The translations under genes and the position numbers were made by a program. Shown here piece by piece: positions 44,246-52,522 of a stretch of DNA of 64,000 nucleotides. How positions within the stretch are numbered: position 1 is the stretch's first letter; the number at the start of each line of letters is the position of its first letter. The stretch is taken from positions 127,967 to 191,966 of IMG/VR virus record IMGVR_UViG_3300046777_002520; one strand, written 5' to 3'. A model generated the notes under the pieces. It was not told the DNA's origin. It saw only the letters and a list, made by a program, of their open reading frames with translations, and did no database searches. The stretch is from a virus.

Positions 44246-46264
44246 ATGGAACGCTTGTTGTTGAGGCACCAGAGAGCCCCAGGTGACATTATTGTCATGA
44301 CGGCTCTGGTGCGCGACTTGGCACTAACGTATCCAGGCAAGTACCACATAGGCGTAGACACATCTTTCAAAGAGATATGGAATAACAACCCCTACATACA
44401 GCCTATGCCCGACAAAAAGGGCGCTAAGATAGTCAATCTGACTTATGGCGAGTACATTCGCAAAGCTGCGCACGAGAAGATACACTTTCTTACGGCTTTC
44501 CACAAGAATCTGAAGACTCAGACAGGCATAGACGTACCTCTTCTGTACCCTCATCCAGACCTGCACCTGTCTCCAGCCGAGCAAAAACCGCTGCTAGAAG
44601 GGCGCTACTGGGTTGTCGTGGCTGGAGGTAAGGGAGATTTCACGACAAAGCACTGGGTTTACGAGAGATACCAGAAAGTTGTGGACATTTTGACTGGTTT
44701 GGGCATTCCAGTCGTGCAGATTGGTGGAAAAGGCAGCTATCCAACGCATTTTCACCCAGAATTGAAGAACGTAACCAGTCTTGTCGGTAAGACTGATCTC
44801 CGACAGATGTTCAGAGTGATCAACAACGCGGATGGAGTCATCTGCACCATCACTTCAGCCATGCACATAGCCGCTGCTTTGGGCAAGCCGTGCGTGGTTA
44901 CAGGGGGTGGAAGGGAAGAATGGTGGTGGGAAGCCTACAACAAGGACAATCCTGGCCTCAGTCCAGTACAGCAACTGCTTCCTGTCAGCCACAGATACCT
45001 CCACACCATTGGTAAACTCGACTGCTGCGCCAAAAAAGGGTGTTGGAAGAACAAAGTACAGAAGATGGAGGGCGATAAGAGCTTCTGTCACTACGCCGTA
45101 CCTGCCGAAAGTGGCCAGATGGTGCCATTGTGTATGGATATGATCTCGGTAGAGACGGTTGTTTCCTCTGTTTTGACTTACTACATGGACGGCACTCTGC
45201 CGTTATTGGAGGGCATGGTGCTTCCAGACATCACACAGCGTCTTGTTTTCGATAAAAACGGCGAAAAGTACAGCCTTTTCATGGTAAAAGAGACGGAAGA
45301 CGCTCGTGTAAGCCAAAAAATACTGGAAATGCCGCATCAGGACCCAGAAATAGCTAAAGGTATAAGCAAATTGCAGCCAATTCTGCAGAATAACGAGATA
45401 CCACCCCCTGCACCGACGCTTACAGAGGATCTGAACAAGAAACTCGACGTAAAAACGGCTCAAGTAGTGCCAGTCAATGCGCAAATCGTCCAAAACGCTC
45501 AGAAACCAGCGACAAGACTGATAGATTCCGACGTGATTGGCGGAAAGGTGACGCTTTTCCTGCTGCTATACGGCGACTACGCCAGTATGCACACCAGATG
45601 CCTGACTGCAATCCAGAACACTACCAACAGAAACGACCTGGACCTGAGAGTTTACTGCAACAACGTAGGCACAGAGACCGACAAACTCTGCCAGAAGATG
45701 CTCAACGCTGGCGTTATCTCGTCCATGTACAGGTCTGAGAGCAATAAGTTCAAGTATCCCTGCATGAGAGAGATGTTCCACGACCCCAACAACCCAATAA
45801 AGACGAAATGGTCGGTGTGGTTCGATGACGACACAATGTGTGATGTTGATCCTCTTTGGTTTGACAAGCTTTGTTCTGCTATTAACTCTAACGCTATTGC
45901 TGATCCTGACTTCGGTATGCTGGGACCGATCTACCACTTCTCGATGCAGCCAAAGCATTCAGATTGGTTCAAGAAGGCCGATTGGTATACAGGACGATAC
46001 TTTAGAGATAAGCTGGGGAAGCCTACAGTCAACGGAAGTAGAGTGTTCTTCGTCACTGGAAGCTTCTGGGCCATCAAAAGCGAAGCCATACAGAAGGCAA
46101 ACATTCCAGACGTAAGGCTAAGCCATAACGGTGGTGACATTTGCATAGGCGAGCAGATGTGGCAAAATGGATATACCCTTAAAAACTGGAACGGGGATAA
46201 GCGTATAGTCTGCTGGTCCAGCACCGCCCGACGCGGGGCCAGTCAGCCGCTATTCAATATATAA
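44246..46264 (+). CDS. two-domain glycosyltransferase: GT9 (heptosyltransferase-like) + GT-A (GT2-like)
   Basis: N-terminal APGDIIVMTALVRDL and ITSAMHIAAALGKPCVV (GT9 pattern); C-terminal WSVWFDDDT (DxD) and HNGGDICIG. Confidence 0.8.
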   Translation: MERLLLRHQRAPGDIIVMTALVRDLALTYPGKYHIGVDTSFKEIWNNNPYIQPMPDKKGAKIVNLTYGEYIRKAAHEKIHFLTAFHKNLKTQTGIDVPLLYPHPDLHLSPAEQKPLLEGRYWVVVAGGKGDFTTKHWVYERYQKVVDILTGLGIPVVQIGGKGSYPTHFHPELKNVTSLVGKTDLRQMFRVINNADGVICTITSAMHIAAALGKPCVVTGGGREEWWWEAYNKDNPGLSPVQQLLPVSHRYLHTIGKLDCCAKKGCWKNKVQKMEGDKSFCHYAVPAESGQMVPLCMDMISVETVVSSVLTYYMDGTLPLLEGMVLPDITQRLVFDKNGEKYSLFMVKETEDARVSQKILEMPHQDPEIAKGISKLQPILQNNEIPPPAPTLTEDLNKKLDVKTAQVVPVNAQIVQNAQKPATRLIDSDVIGGKVTLFLLLYGDYASMHTRCLTAIQNTTNRNDLDLRVYCNNVGTETDKLCQKMLNAGVISSMYRSESNKFKYPCMREMFHDPNNPIKTKWSVWFDDDTMCDVDPLWFDKLCSAINSNAIADPDFGMLGPIYHFSMQPKHSDWFKKADWYTGRYFRDKLGKPTVNGSRVFFVTGSFWAIKSEAIQKANIPDVRLSHNGGDICIGEQMWQNGYTLKNWNGDKRIVCWSSTARRGASQPLFNI

Positions 46265-46273
46265 AGGTGAGAC

Positions 46274-46744
46274 ATGTCAACTTCTTCCAGCTCGTCAGTA
46301 GGTGATCCCGTATACGGTAGGGGTATCTGGCTGAAGCGGTTTACCCAGGTGGAATACAAATCGAACAGTATTCACGGCTTCAGGTTCAGGGTGGAGGCTT
46401 ATGGCGCTAACCTGATGCCTAACAAGATCTTCAGGTATACGCGTGAAGCTTTGAATGCCAGGGAAGGCGCTTACAGGTTGGCGTTTGACGGCGTATGCTC
46501 ACCAGCTGACCTGGAGGAGTTCCCAGAAGACGAGCCTCTGGTTAACGTCTACCCAGAGTTCTGCCGACTGGATTATGTCGATCTAGTGTTCAGGTCGCAG
46601 TCTCTGGCTGAGGATGCCTGGACTCTTCTCGTTGAAGAGGTGGGCGCTCTGGTCAACACGCTGAACAAGATGGACGACCTGACGCCTCAAATTGAACTGA
46701 AGATGGGTAACCCACCGCCAGCAACGTACTCGTCGTCGGAGTGA
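46274..46744 (+). CDS. hypothetical protein with Ser-rich termini
   Basis: RBS AAGGTGA; starts MSTSSSSSVG and ends YSSSE. Confidence 0.65.
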   Translation: MSTSSSSSVGDPVYGRGIWLKRFTQVEYKSNSIHGFRFRVEAYGANLMPNKIFRYTREALNAREGAYRLAFDGVCSPADLEEFPEDEPLVNVYPEFCRLDYVDLVFRSQSLAEDAWTLLVEEVGALVNTLNKMDDLTPQIELKMGNPPPATYSSSE

Positions 46745-46747
46745 GCC

Positions 46748-47050
46748 ATGGCAGAAAAGCTAGTCATCGTTGAAGACTCGGTAATAACCAGCTTGCTTAC
46801 CAACCCCAAGATTCTGTCTGACATACCGTCTTTGAAGACAGCAGCGTCGTCAAAGAATCCTGGAAGTCCTTCCTGCAGACCCTGCGCCAGAAAAGCTGCG
46901 GCCAAGTCACTCAACTACGCACAGGCGAAAAGAATCATAGCCAATCTGAGAGGAGAAGCCCTCGCCAGACTTAAGCAGGAGCTGGGCGCAGACAAGATCA
47001 GAGTCATCTACGGCAGCGAGTCAGGTAAGCTAGTTCAGATCACAATGTGA
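46748..47050 (+). CDS. small basic hypothetical protein with CxxC
   Basis: 100 aa containing CRPC; last gene of the long + strand structural run. Confidence 0.6.
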   Translation: MAEKLVIVEDSVITSLLTNPKILSDIPSLKTAASSKNPGSPSCRPCARKAAAKSLNYAQAKRIIANLRGEALARLKQELGADKIRVIYGSESGKLVQITM

Positions 47051-47054
47051 CTGC

Positions 47055-47082
47055 TTAATTCAGCACAAAAACACGTCATACT
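47055..47082 (+). promoter_or_regulatory. cassette promoter-like motif, copy 4
   Basis: TTAATT(47055-47060)-N16-CATACT(47077-47082); shares CTGCTTAATTCAG with copy 3. Confidence 0.7.
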
Positions 47083-47084
47083 AA

Positions 47085-47456
47085 TATGAATGCCAATTAG
47101 CTTTGCTACGACAGCAACAACCGTTGAGCCACGTCGGCGGTCTAGTTGCACGATAGCGCGCAGTTGGTATTACATTACCTGTAATGATTGCAGGAGGTTC
47201 TCACACGCCAGAGTTGTGAGCGGTTGCCGCTACGAGACAGCGAACGTTACCTGTGGCGCATTACACAGGAGGTACTGACGGCTACCAAAACGCAGGTCAT
47301 GCTTCGGTTGCTTCTCTATTTGCAACCGATCATGCATAGTAGAAATAGAGAGGTGTAACCCGCACTGCGTTAAATGGGGGACCGTGAAACTCGGTACTAC
47401 AAGACCAGCAGGCTGACGCATATATTGCGTCGGCTTTGCTGGTTTTGTTTTTAGCT
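47085..47456 (+). ncRNA. candidate ~370-nt structured non-coding RNA with pseudoknot
   Basis: Own promoter motif, multiple stems, loop TTCTCTATTT (47312-47321) complementary to AAATAGAGAG (47343-47352), a ~20-bp terminal hairpin (47401-47446), then T5-AGCT. Confidence 0.55.
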
Positions 47457-47466
47457 ATGGCCTGAA

Positions 47467-47494
47467 TAAATCCACACGGATTTCAGGTCATAAT
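47467..47494 (+). promoter_or_regulatory. cassette promoter-like motif, copy 5
   Basis: TAAATC(47467-47472)-N16-CATAAT(47489-47494). Confidence 0.65.
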
Positions 47495-47535
47495 CTATTG
47501 GTGTTGTATTATCTAGCCCACAGCCAGGAGGCGAC

Positions 47536-47697
47536 ATGAAAGCTATGGTAATGAAAAGCAAAGTTGTAGTCGGCAGGATTCAGACTCAATTGACCGCAAC
47601 CCAGCAGCGGCTGCTGGATTTGGGCGTGTCACTACGGCCGATTGTCTTTACCGCTAACGGCGGTAAACGGCGCTACTTGCGCCAGTTATGCAAATAA
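47536..47697 (+). CDS. 53-aa basic hypothetical protein (not in ORF track), cassette payload
   Basis: RBS AGGAGG then ATG; MKAMVMKSKVVVGRIQTQLTATQQRLLDLGVSLRPIVFTANGGKRRYLRQLCK; followed by a terminator. Confidence 0.65.
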   Translation: MKAMVMKSKVVVGRIQTQLTATQQRLLDLGVSLRPIVFTANGGKRRYLRQLCK

Positions 47698-47715
47698 GCA
47701 ATAACGAGGATTTTC

Positions 47716-47772
47716 CTCACCACCCGCATCTCCCCTAAGGAGTTGCGGGTTTGGTGGGGTTTTTCCTTAGCT
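47716..47772 (+). terminator. long imperfect hairpin + T-run, ending in TTAGCT boundary
   Basis: CTCACCA-CCCGCA-t-CTCC-cctaa-GGAG-t-TGCGGG-tt-TGGTGGG, then TTTTT and CCTTAGCTATTGG. Confidence 0.7.
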
Positions 47773-47846
47773 ATTGGAAAACTCCTGTAGGAAAGCTCCT
47801 GTAAATAAGTTAGGATAGCCCTGGGTCTTTTCAGAAAGGAACAACC

Positions 47847-48119
47847 ATGCGTATTGTCGAAGAAGCTTTTGAGCGGATCGGCCCCAAGGCCACCGTCGTT
47901 GTCGAAGCCGACACGATGGAGAAGGTGAAGAGCCTGGAAGCCCGTAATCTGGCTCTGGACTTTGCCCGAAAGAACGGGTTGTCTGTGCCAGGGTTTACTG
48001 GCGGCTCCTGGACCGAATGGGTGGACGAGACTGGAAAGGCGTTGCTTGGAGAAGACTTCAAAAACGCTTCGACTCGGTTGGTTCGGGCTTCCTATCCTGT
48101 GCAAGAGGCTGTCATCTAA
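47847..48119 (+). CDS. hypothetical protein
   Basis: RBS AAGGA; 90 aa. Confidence 0.7.
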   Translation: MRIVEEAFERIGPKATVVVEADTMEKVKSLEARNLALDFARKNGLSVPGFTGGSWTEWVDETGKALLGEDFKNASTRLVRASYPVQEAVI

Positions 48120-48829
48120 TGCCTGAACTGCGCCATAATCTCAGAACAAGGTTTGAAGCACGCAAAGCTGTATGGCTGAATGCCGACAGTTTCGCAACCA
48201 CACTTCTTACTTTGTTCATCGACACCTATGGCACAGAAGCTCTTGAGTGGGACCCCAAAACAATCGAGAGCGAGATCGAAAGCGACTACGGTATAAAGCT
48301 GCCGAGAAACATACTCGATAGGCTTATGGCAGCAATAGCCGTAGTCGCTACTGATTCATTTTTCCAAGAGTTGCCAGACTTCATAAACCTGTGCAACGTT
48401 TTGTCTGGCGACAGCTTCGATCCGACAACCTTCGATCCTGCTGACGCTGGAGAGTGCGCCTGGGGTATGACTGAGGCTCTTATGCTCAGCCCTCCAGAGG
48501 ACAACGAGTCTGAGCCTTTTGCTCAAGACATCGTTGATTACATTTCTGAGGTTCTCAAGTCTGAAGGTATCTTGACGCCTCCAGACATTCTCAAGGTCGG
48601 TCTTCGTAAGGACTACAAGGAAGTCATAGAGAAAGTTAAGTACGACTTCTCAGATGACCCTGAAATGTTTCAAGCTATATTTGAAACAGAACAGTCCAAG
48701 ACGAAAGACATCAATGACCTGGTCAAGGCAAGGCTGGCTGCTCTCGTGCAGCAGCTGGAAAAACTGCCACTAGCCAATGGTGACGCCTCAGGCGCTGCCA
48801 AGAAGCTGCTGGCTGCTCTGCCCAAGTAA
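48119..48829 (+). CDS. acidic hypothetical protein
   Basis: TAATG coupling at 48117-48121 gives a better start than the tracked 48017; 236 aa. Confidence 0.65.
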   Translation: MPELRHNLRTRFEARKAVWLNADSFATTLLTLFIDTYGTEALEWDPKTIESEIESDYGIKLPRNILDRLMAAIAVVATDSFFQELPDFINLCNVLSGDSFDPTTFDPADAGECAWGMTEALMLSPPEDNESEPFAQDIVDYISEVLKSEGILTPPDILKVGLRKDYKEVIEKVKYDFSDDPEMFQAIFETEQSKTKDINDLVKARLAALVQQLEKLPLANGDASGAAKKLLAALPK

Positions 48830-48883
48830 TCGAAGTTAACTCGGTTTTGTTTAACCAAGCCCGAAAGGCTGAAAGGTACAACC

Positions 48884-50485
48884 ATGCTCCGTAACGCTCA
48901 AGAAGTCGAGAACAAGATCCGTAACTACATCCGCAGCGGTGTTCAGTGCGTCCATCTGGTCTGCGGCGGTCAGATCAACGCTGCCGAGCAGATGCTCAAG
49001 AAGATCGCAGACAGCCTGACCCTGGACTTCAAGACCTGGGACCCAGCCAAGGGTTTCGGCACCAACAACATGATCAATCCGGTCCAGGCGCTAGAAGCCG
49101 TGGCCAGCGGTGACGGTACGGTGCAGGGCAACGCCATCGTCGCCATGCATGATCTGCACTACGACCTCGGCGCTATCCCAGCGCTGGTCAGCAGCCTGAA
49201 GCGCCTTGTCTCGATGCAGGCGTTCAACAACGGACGTCAGCGCCGTCCTCTGTTCATCCTGACCACTGGGTCCGTGATGAATCCCGACGTGATGCCTTAC
49301 GTCAAGATGCTGGAGATGGCTCTTCCCGACAAGGGCCAGCTGGCCACGGTGTTCGACAGCATTCAAGGCTCCATCCGCGACGAGTCCCGCCGACACTGCG
49401 AGCCCGAGCTGCGCCATCAGATCGTGAACAGTCTGTCTGGCTTGACCTGCCCTGACGCTGCCGACGTGCTTGCCGAGTCGTTGATGACACACGGCAAGTT
49501 CTGCGAAGAAGTCATGGATACGGTCGAGGAGGAGAAAGGTCTGCTCCTCAAGAAGTCCGAGGTGTTGACCTACATCAGCAAGAAGGAAATCATGGCCAGC
49601 AACGAGCTGGGTGGTTTCGTCGAGCTGAAGAGCTGGCTCAATCGCCGCAAGGTGGCTTACAGCGAAGAGGCCGAGCGCCTCAACCTGTCGGTCCCCAAGG
49701 GTATTGTTCTGGTCGGCGTGCCTGGTACTGGCAAGTCCGTCTGCGCCAAGGCAGTGGCAAAGCTGCTCCACTTGCCGCTTCTGAAACTCGATGTCGGCGC
49801 TCTGTTCGGCAGCCTCGTCGGTGAGTCCGAGCGTCGGACTCGCGAGGCTATTCAGGTCGCTGACAGCATGAACGGCTCGGTCCTGCTGATCGACGAGGCC
49901 GACAAGGTTCTTGGCGGCGCTGTGGACAGCACGGGCGACAGTGGCGTGACCCGCCGCATCTTCGGCCAGTTGCTGACCTGGCTGGCCGAGAAGACCAGCC
50001 GCACCTTCGTGATCATGACCATGAACCGCGTCTCTGGGATTCCTCCCGAGATGCTGCGCAAGGGTCGCTTCGACGAGATCTTCTTCGTCGATACGCCAGA
50101 TGGCGACGAGCGCCGTCAGATCTTCGAGATCCACATGCGCGCGAAGGGCATCGACCCGACCGGCTTCGACAGCCAGGATTGGGAAGAGATCATCGAGGCT
50201 TCCGAGGGCTTCGTCGGCGCTGAGATCCAGAACGCCGTCTCTGACGCCCAGCTCAACGCTTACGAGCTGGACCGTTCAAGCGAGGGCAAGTTCACCGCCG
50301 CCCAGCTGGTCAGCGAGTTGAAGCTGGTGAACCCCGTCACCAAGATCGACCCGATCAACATCGAACAGATTCGTCAGTTCGGTGCGGAGCGGGCTCGCAA
50401 CGTGTCTGGACGCAATCGCAAGATCGTCCGTCAGCATGTTCGCGCCATGGATATGACCATGGGCGATCCCAACGTCAAGCGCTAA
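48884..50485 (+). CDS. Ycf46-like AAA+ ATPase (degenerate N-terminal + active C-terminal AAA domain)
   Basis: Walker A GVPGTGKS, Walker B LLIDEADK, SRH PPEMLRKGRFDEIFFVDTP, and pore loop LFGSLVGESE. Confidence 0.9.
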   Translation: MLRNAQEVENKIRNYIRSGVQCVHLVCGGQINAAEQMLKKIADSLTLDFKTWDPAKGFGTNNMINPVQALEAVASGDGTVQGNAIVAMHDLHYDLGAIPALVSSLKRLVSMQAFNNGRQRRPLFILTTGSVMNPDVMPYVKMLEMALPDKGQLATVFDSIQGSIRDESRRHCEPELRHQIVNSLSGLTCPDAADVLAESLMTHGKFCEEVMDTVEEEKGLLLKKSEVLTYISKKEIMASNELGGFVELKSWLNRRKVAYSEEAERLNLSVPKGIVLVGVPGTGKSVCAKAVAKLLHLPLLKLDVGALFGSLVGESERRTREAIQVADSMNGSVLLIDEADKVLGGAVDSTGDSGVTRRIFGQLLTWLAEKTSRTFVIMTMNRVSGIPPEMLRKGRFDEIFFVDTPDGDERRQIFEIHMRAKGIDPTGFDSQDWEEIIEASEGFVGAEIQNAVSDAQLNAYELDRSSEGKFTAAQLVSELKLVNPVTKIDPINIEQIRQFGAERARNVSGRNRKIVRQHVRAMDMTMGDPNVKR

Positions 50486-50503
50486 TCGACTGTAGTTCTA
50501 CGT

Positions 50504-50534
50504 GGGGCGCACTCACTTCGAGTGCGCCCCTTTT
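50504..50534 (+). terminator. intrinsic terminator-like hairpin between AAA gene and next gene
   Basis: GGGGCGCACTC-acttc-GAGTGCGCCCC-TTTT. Confidence 0.8.
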
Positions 50535-50549
50535 CTGGAAAGGAATAAC

Positions 50550-51716
50550 ATGAGCACTGAAACCGAGACTCTGCCTGCTGCCCCCGCTGTTTCCGTCCCT
50601 GAAGCTCCCCGCGTCGAAGTCCCAGAACTGGACGTGTCGGAACTCAGCAGCGCGTCATCCGACGTGATGCTGCGCAGCCTGGCCAAAAACTGCGTGGCTT
50701 TGAAGGTGTCGGTGTCGGCCATCGGCTACGAGCGCCTGGTGCAGAATGCCCAGGTCTCCGTCGGTGAGCACGAGATCGCTCCAGAGTTTCTGGCAGGCGC
50801 ACGCTTCAAGGTCGTGCCAGGCAACATCAAGAATCCGCTCGGCCGCATTGCTGGCCACGCCCGACAAGTGCCTTACTCCTACGGCACGCCCTTTATCGGA
50901 GGGGCTTATCTGATTCCGATTGCGAGGGACCGACATGGAAACAGTCCAGCTCGAAAAGCTTTTAGCCGACTGGCCGAAATTCGAGGTGAATACCGAGATA
51001 AGGCTATTGAGCTCCGACCCCTCTGGGAAGCTCACGTCGCCAAAATCCAAGCCGAGTACCCGTTTGAGTACGAAGCGCTCCGACAGTACCTCCCAAACGG
51101 AGAGTCCTTCGTCGCCGCCCACACTATATCATCAATACGTTTTCCTCTGGGAGCTGGGCTTCCTGCCAATTTTCAAGAGAGGCTGGAAGAGGGGTTTGTA
51201 AAAGCCTTCCGTGGCGCTCCCGATGAGGCTTTGCTGCGCAGCCACCAGGCTGAGCTGCTGCGCATCGTGAACGAGGCGGCGGCAGACCCTGGTACGGCTT
51301 TGAGCGAAGGCGCTTCGGAAGCCTGGCTGGCTGAGGCTCAGGAGCAGACCAGTGCGGCTGTGGCGTCTGCCATCAAGGCCATGATCCAGGAACCCCTGAA
51401 GGAGTTTGCCGAGTCTCTGGCAAACATCGAGGGTATACTTGCTCGTGGCTCCAACCTGAAGAGCAGCACGATCAACAACCTCAGGTCATCGTTCGAGAAG
51501 CTCAACGGCTTTTCGTTCATGGCTCCTAACGAGCTGAAGCAGCGTCTTCGTAGCGCTGCCACAATCATCGGGGCTGTCGATATGAAAGATATCAACAGCT
51601 CGGAGAGCGCCAGCCGCGAACTGGCTGAGCACTTCAAGACCATCCGAGAGGGCATGACCTCGGAGGAGACGCACTCCGCTGTCTTCGGTCAATTCATGCG
51701 CGGACTGGACCTGTGA
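50550..51716 (+). CDS. helical hypothetical protein, possibly DUF3150-like
   Basis: RBS AAAGGA then ATG 50550. PFIGGAYLIP and ...LKSSTINNLRSSFEKLNGFSF resemble DUF3150-type proteins seen next to such ATPases (recognition by memory). Confidence 0.5.
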   Translation: MSTETETLPAAPAVSVPEAPRVEVPELDVSELSSASSDVMLRSLAKNCVALKVSVSAIGYERLVQNAQVSVGEHEIAPEFLAGARFKVVPGNIKNPLGRIAGHARQVPYSYGTPFIGGAYLIPIARDRHGNSPARKAFSRLAEIRGEYRDKAIELRPLWEAHVAKIQAEYPFEYEALRQYLPNGESFVAAHTISSIRFPLGAGLPANFQERLEEGFVKAFRGAPDEALLRSHQAELLRIVNEAAADPGTALSEGASEAWLAEAQEQTSAAVASAIKAMIQEPLKEFAESLANIEGILARGSNLKSSTINNLRSSFEKLNGFSFMAPNELKQRLRSAATIIGAVDMKDINSSESASRELAEHFKTIREGMTSEETHSAVFGQFMRGLDL

Positions 51717-51771
51717 TTTTAGGATTGTTTTGTCTTAGCGTTAACACTTTTGATTTGAAAGGATAAAGACC

Positions 51772-52140
51772 ATGTCTCACACCGCTACTGTTCAGACCCA
51801 GATCAGCAACAAAGAGATCGCCAAGAAGACCTGCGAGGAACTCGGATTCGAGTTTCTCGATGTCAAGCAGGTGAGCCTGTACCAGAGCGAGCACCGCAAT
51901 CTGTCATGCGAGTTCGCGTTCAAGCCCAAGGGTTGGAGCTATCCTGTGGCTGTCAAGGCAGACGGTTCTGCCCTGTACGACAACTACAACGGCCACTGGG
52001 GCGAGCAGAAGCACTTCGACGAGTTCCGTCAGAAATATGCAGAGAATGTCGCCCTGGATCACGCACAGCGTCACGGGTACCGCGTGATTCATCGCGGCCT
52101 GAGCCAGGACGGCAGCATCCAGCTGCGCCTGGGTCGCTGA
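51772..52140 (+). CDS. DUF1257 (Ycf35-like) family protein
   Basis: MSHTATVQTQI...ACEELG-type N-terminus and QKYA...HGYRV...QDGSIQLRL C-terminus. Confidence 0.75.
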   Translation: MSHTATVQTQISNKEIAKKTCEELGFEFLDVKQVSLYQSEHRNLSCEFAFKPKGWSYPVAVKADGSALYDNYNGHWGEQKHFDEFRQKYAENVALDHAQRHGYRVIHRGLSQDGSIQLRLGR

Positions 52141-52148
52141 CGTGATTT

Positions 52149-52480
52149 ATACGGCCATAGCCAGCGATAGGATTTTGTCGGCAGTTTGTTCAGACTGCTA
52201 CTTGGTCCACAGAGAAGTCAGGGCATGGCCATTGTCGGGTTACAAGCCGAGGGGGCGTAGTCGAGGTGTTCTTTTTCCTAGAATAGAACGCTTCCACGCC
52301 CCCTCAACTCCTACCGTTGGCGTATTCGAGACCAACACAAGCTCTCTGGAACTTGTCTGGAGAGAAGTACCTGGAACGGCCCTATACGCAGCTATAGGGC
52401 CTTGCGGGTCAGCGCTCAAGCAAGCGCTGGCCCTTAGAACCGTGGAGTATCTGAGTCAGGACTTGGACTACTCCTATACC
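52149..52480 (+). ncRNA. candidate structured RNA / hairpin-dense insert
   Basis: At least seven consecutive stems of 5-11 bp, including a 10+10 bp compound hairpin (52249-52305). Confidence 0.5.
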
Positions 52481-52522
52481 GTGTTTGTTAACAACCATAA
52501 GATCGAAGTGAGGATCAGAAAG

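Noticed and set aside
47090-47278. 62-aa ORF with a CNDC motif inside the candidate ncRNA
   Set aside because: No RBS, atypical composition, covers only half of the promoter-terminator unit; a leaderless peptide cannot be ruled out.
47085-47456. tmRNA, RNase P or 6S identity
   Set aside because: No tRNA-like GGGG.../...CCA ends or tag frame, no GAGGAAAGUCC, no single long rod with central bubble.
52141-52522. Group I or group II intron
   Set aside because: No convincing P7 R/S pair (GAGACUA/AUAGUC) or GUGCG 5' end with domain V; removal would not obviously restore a gene.
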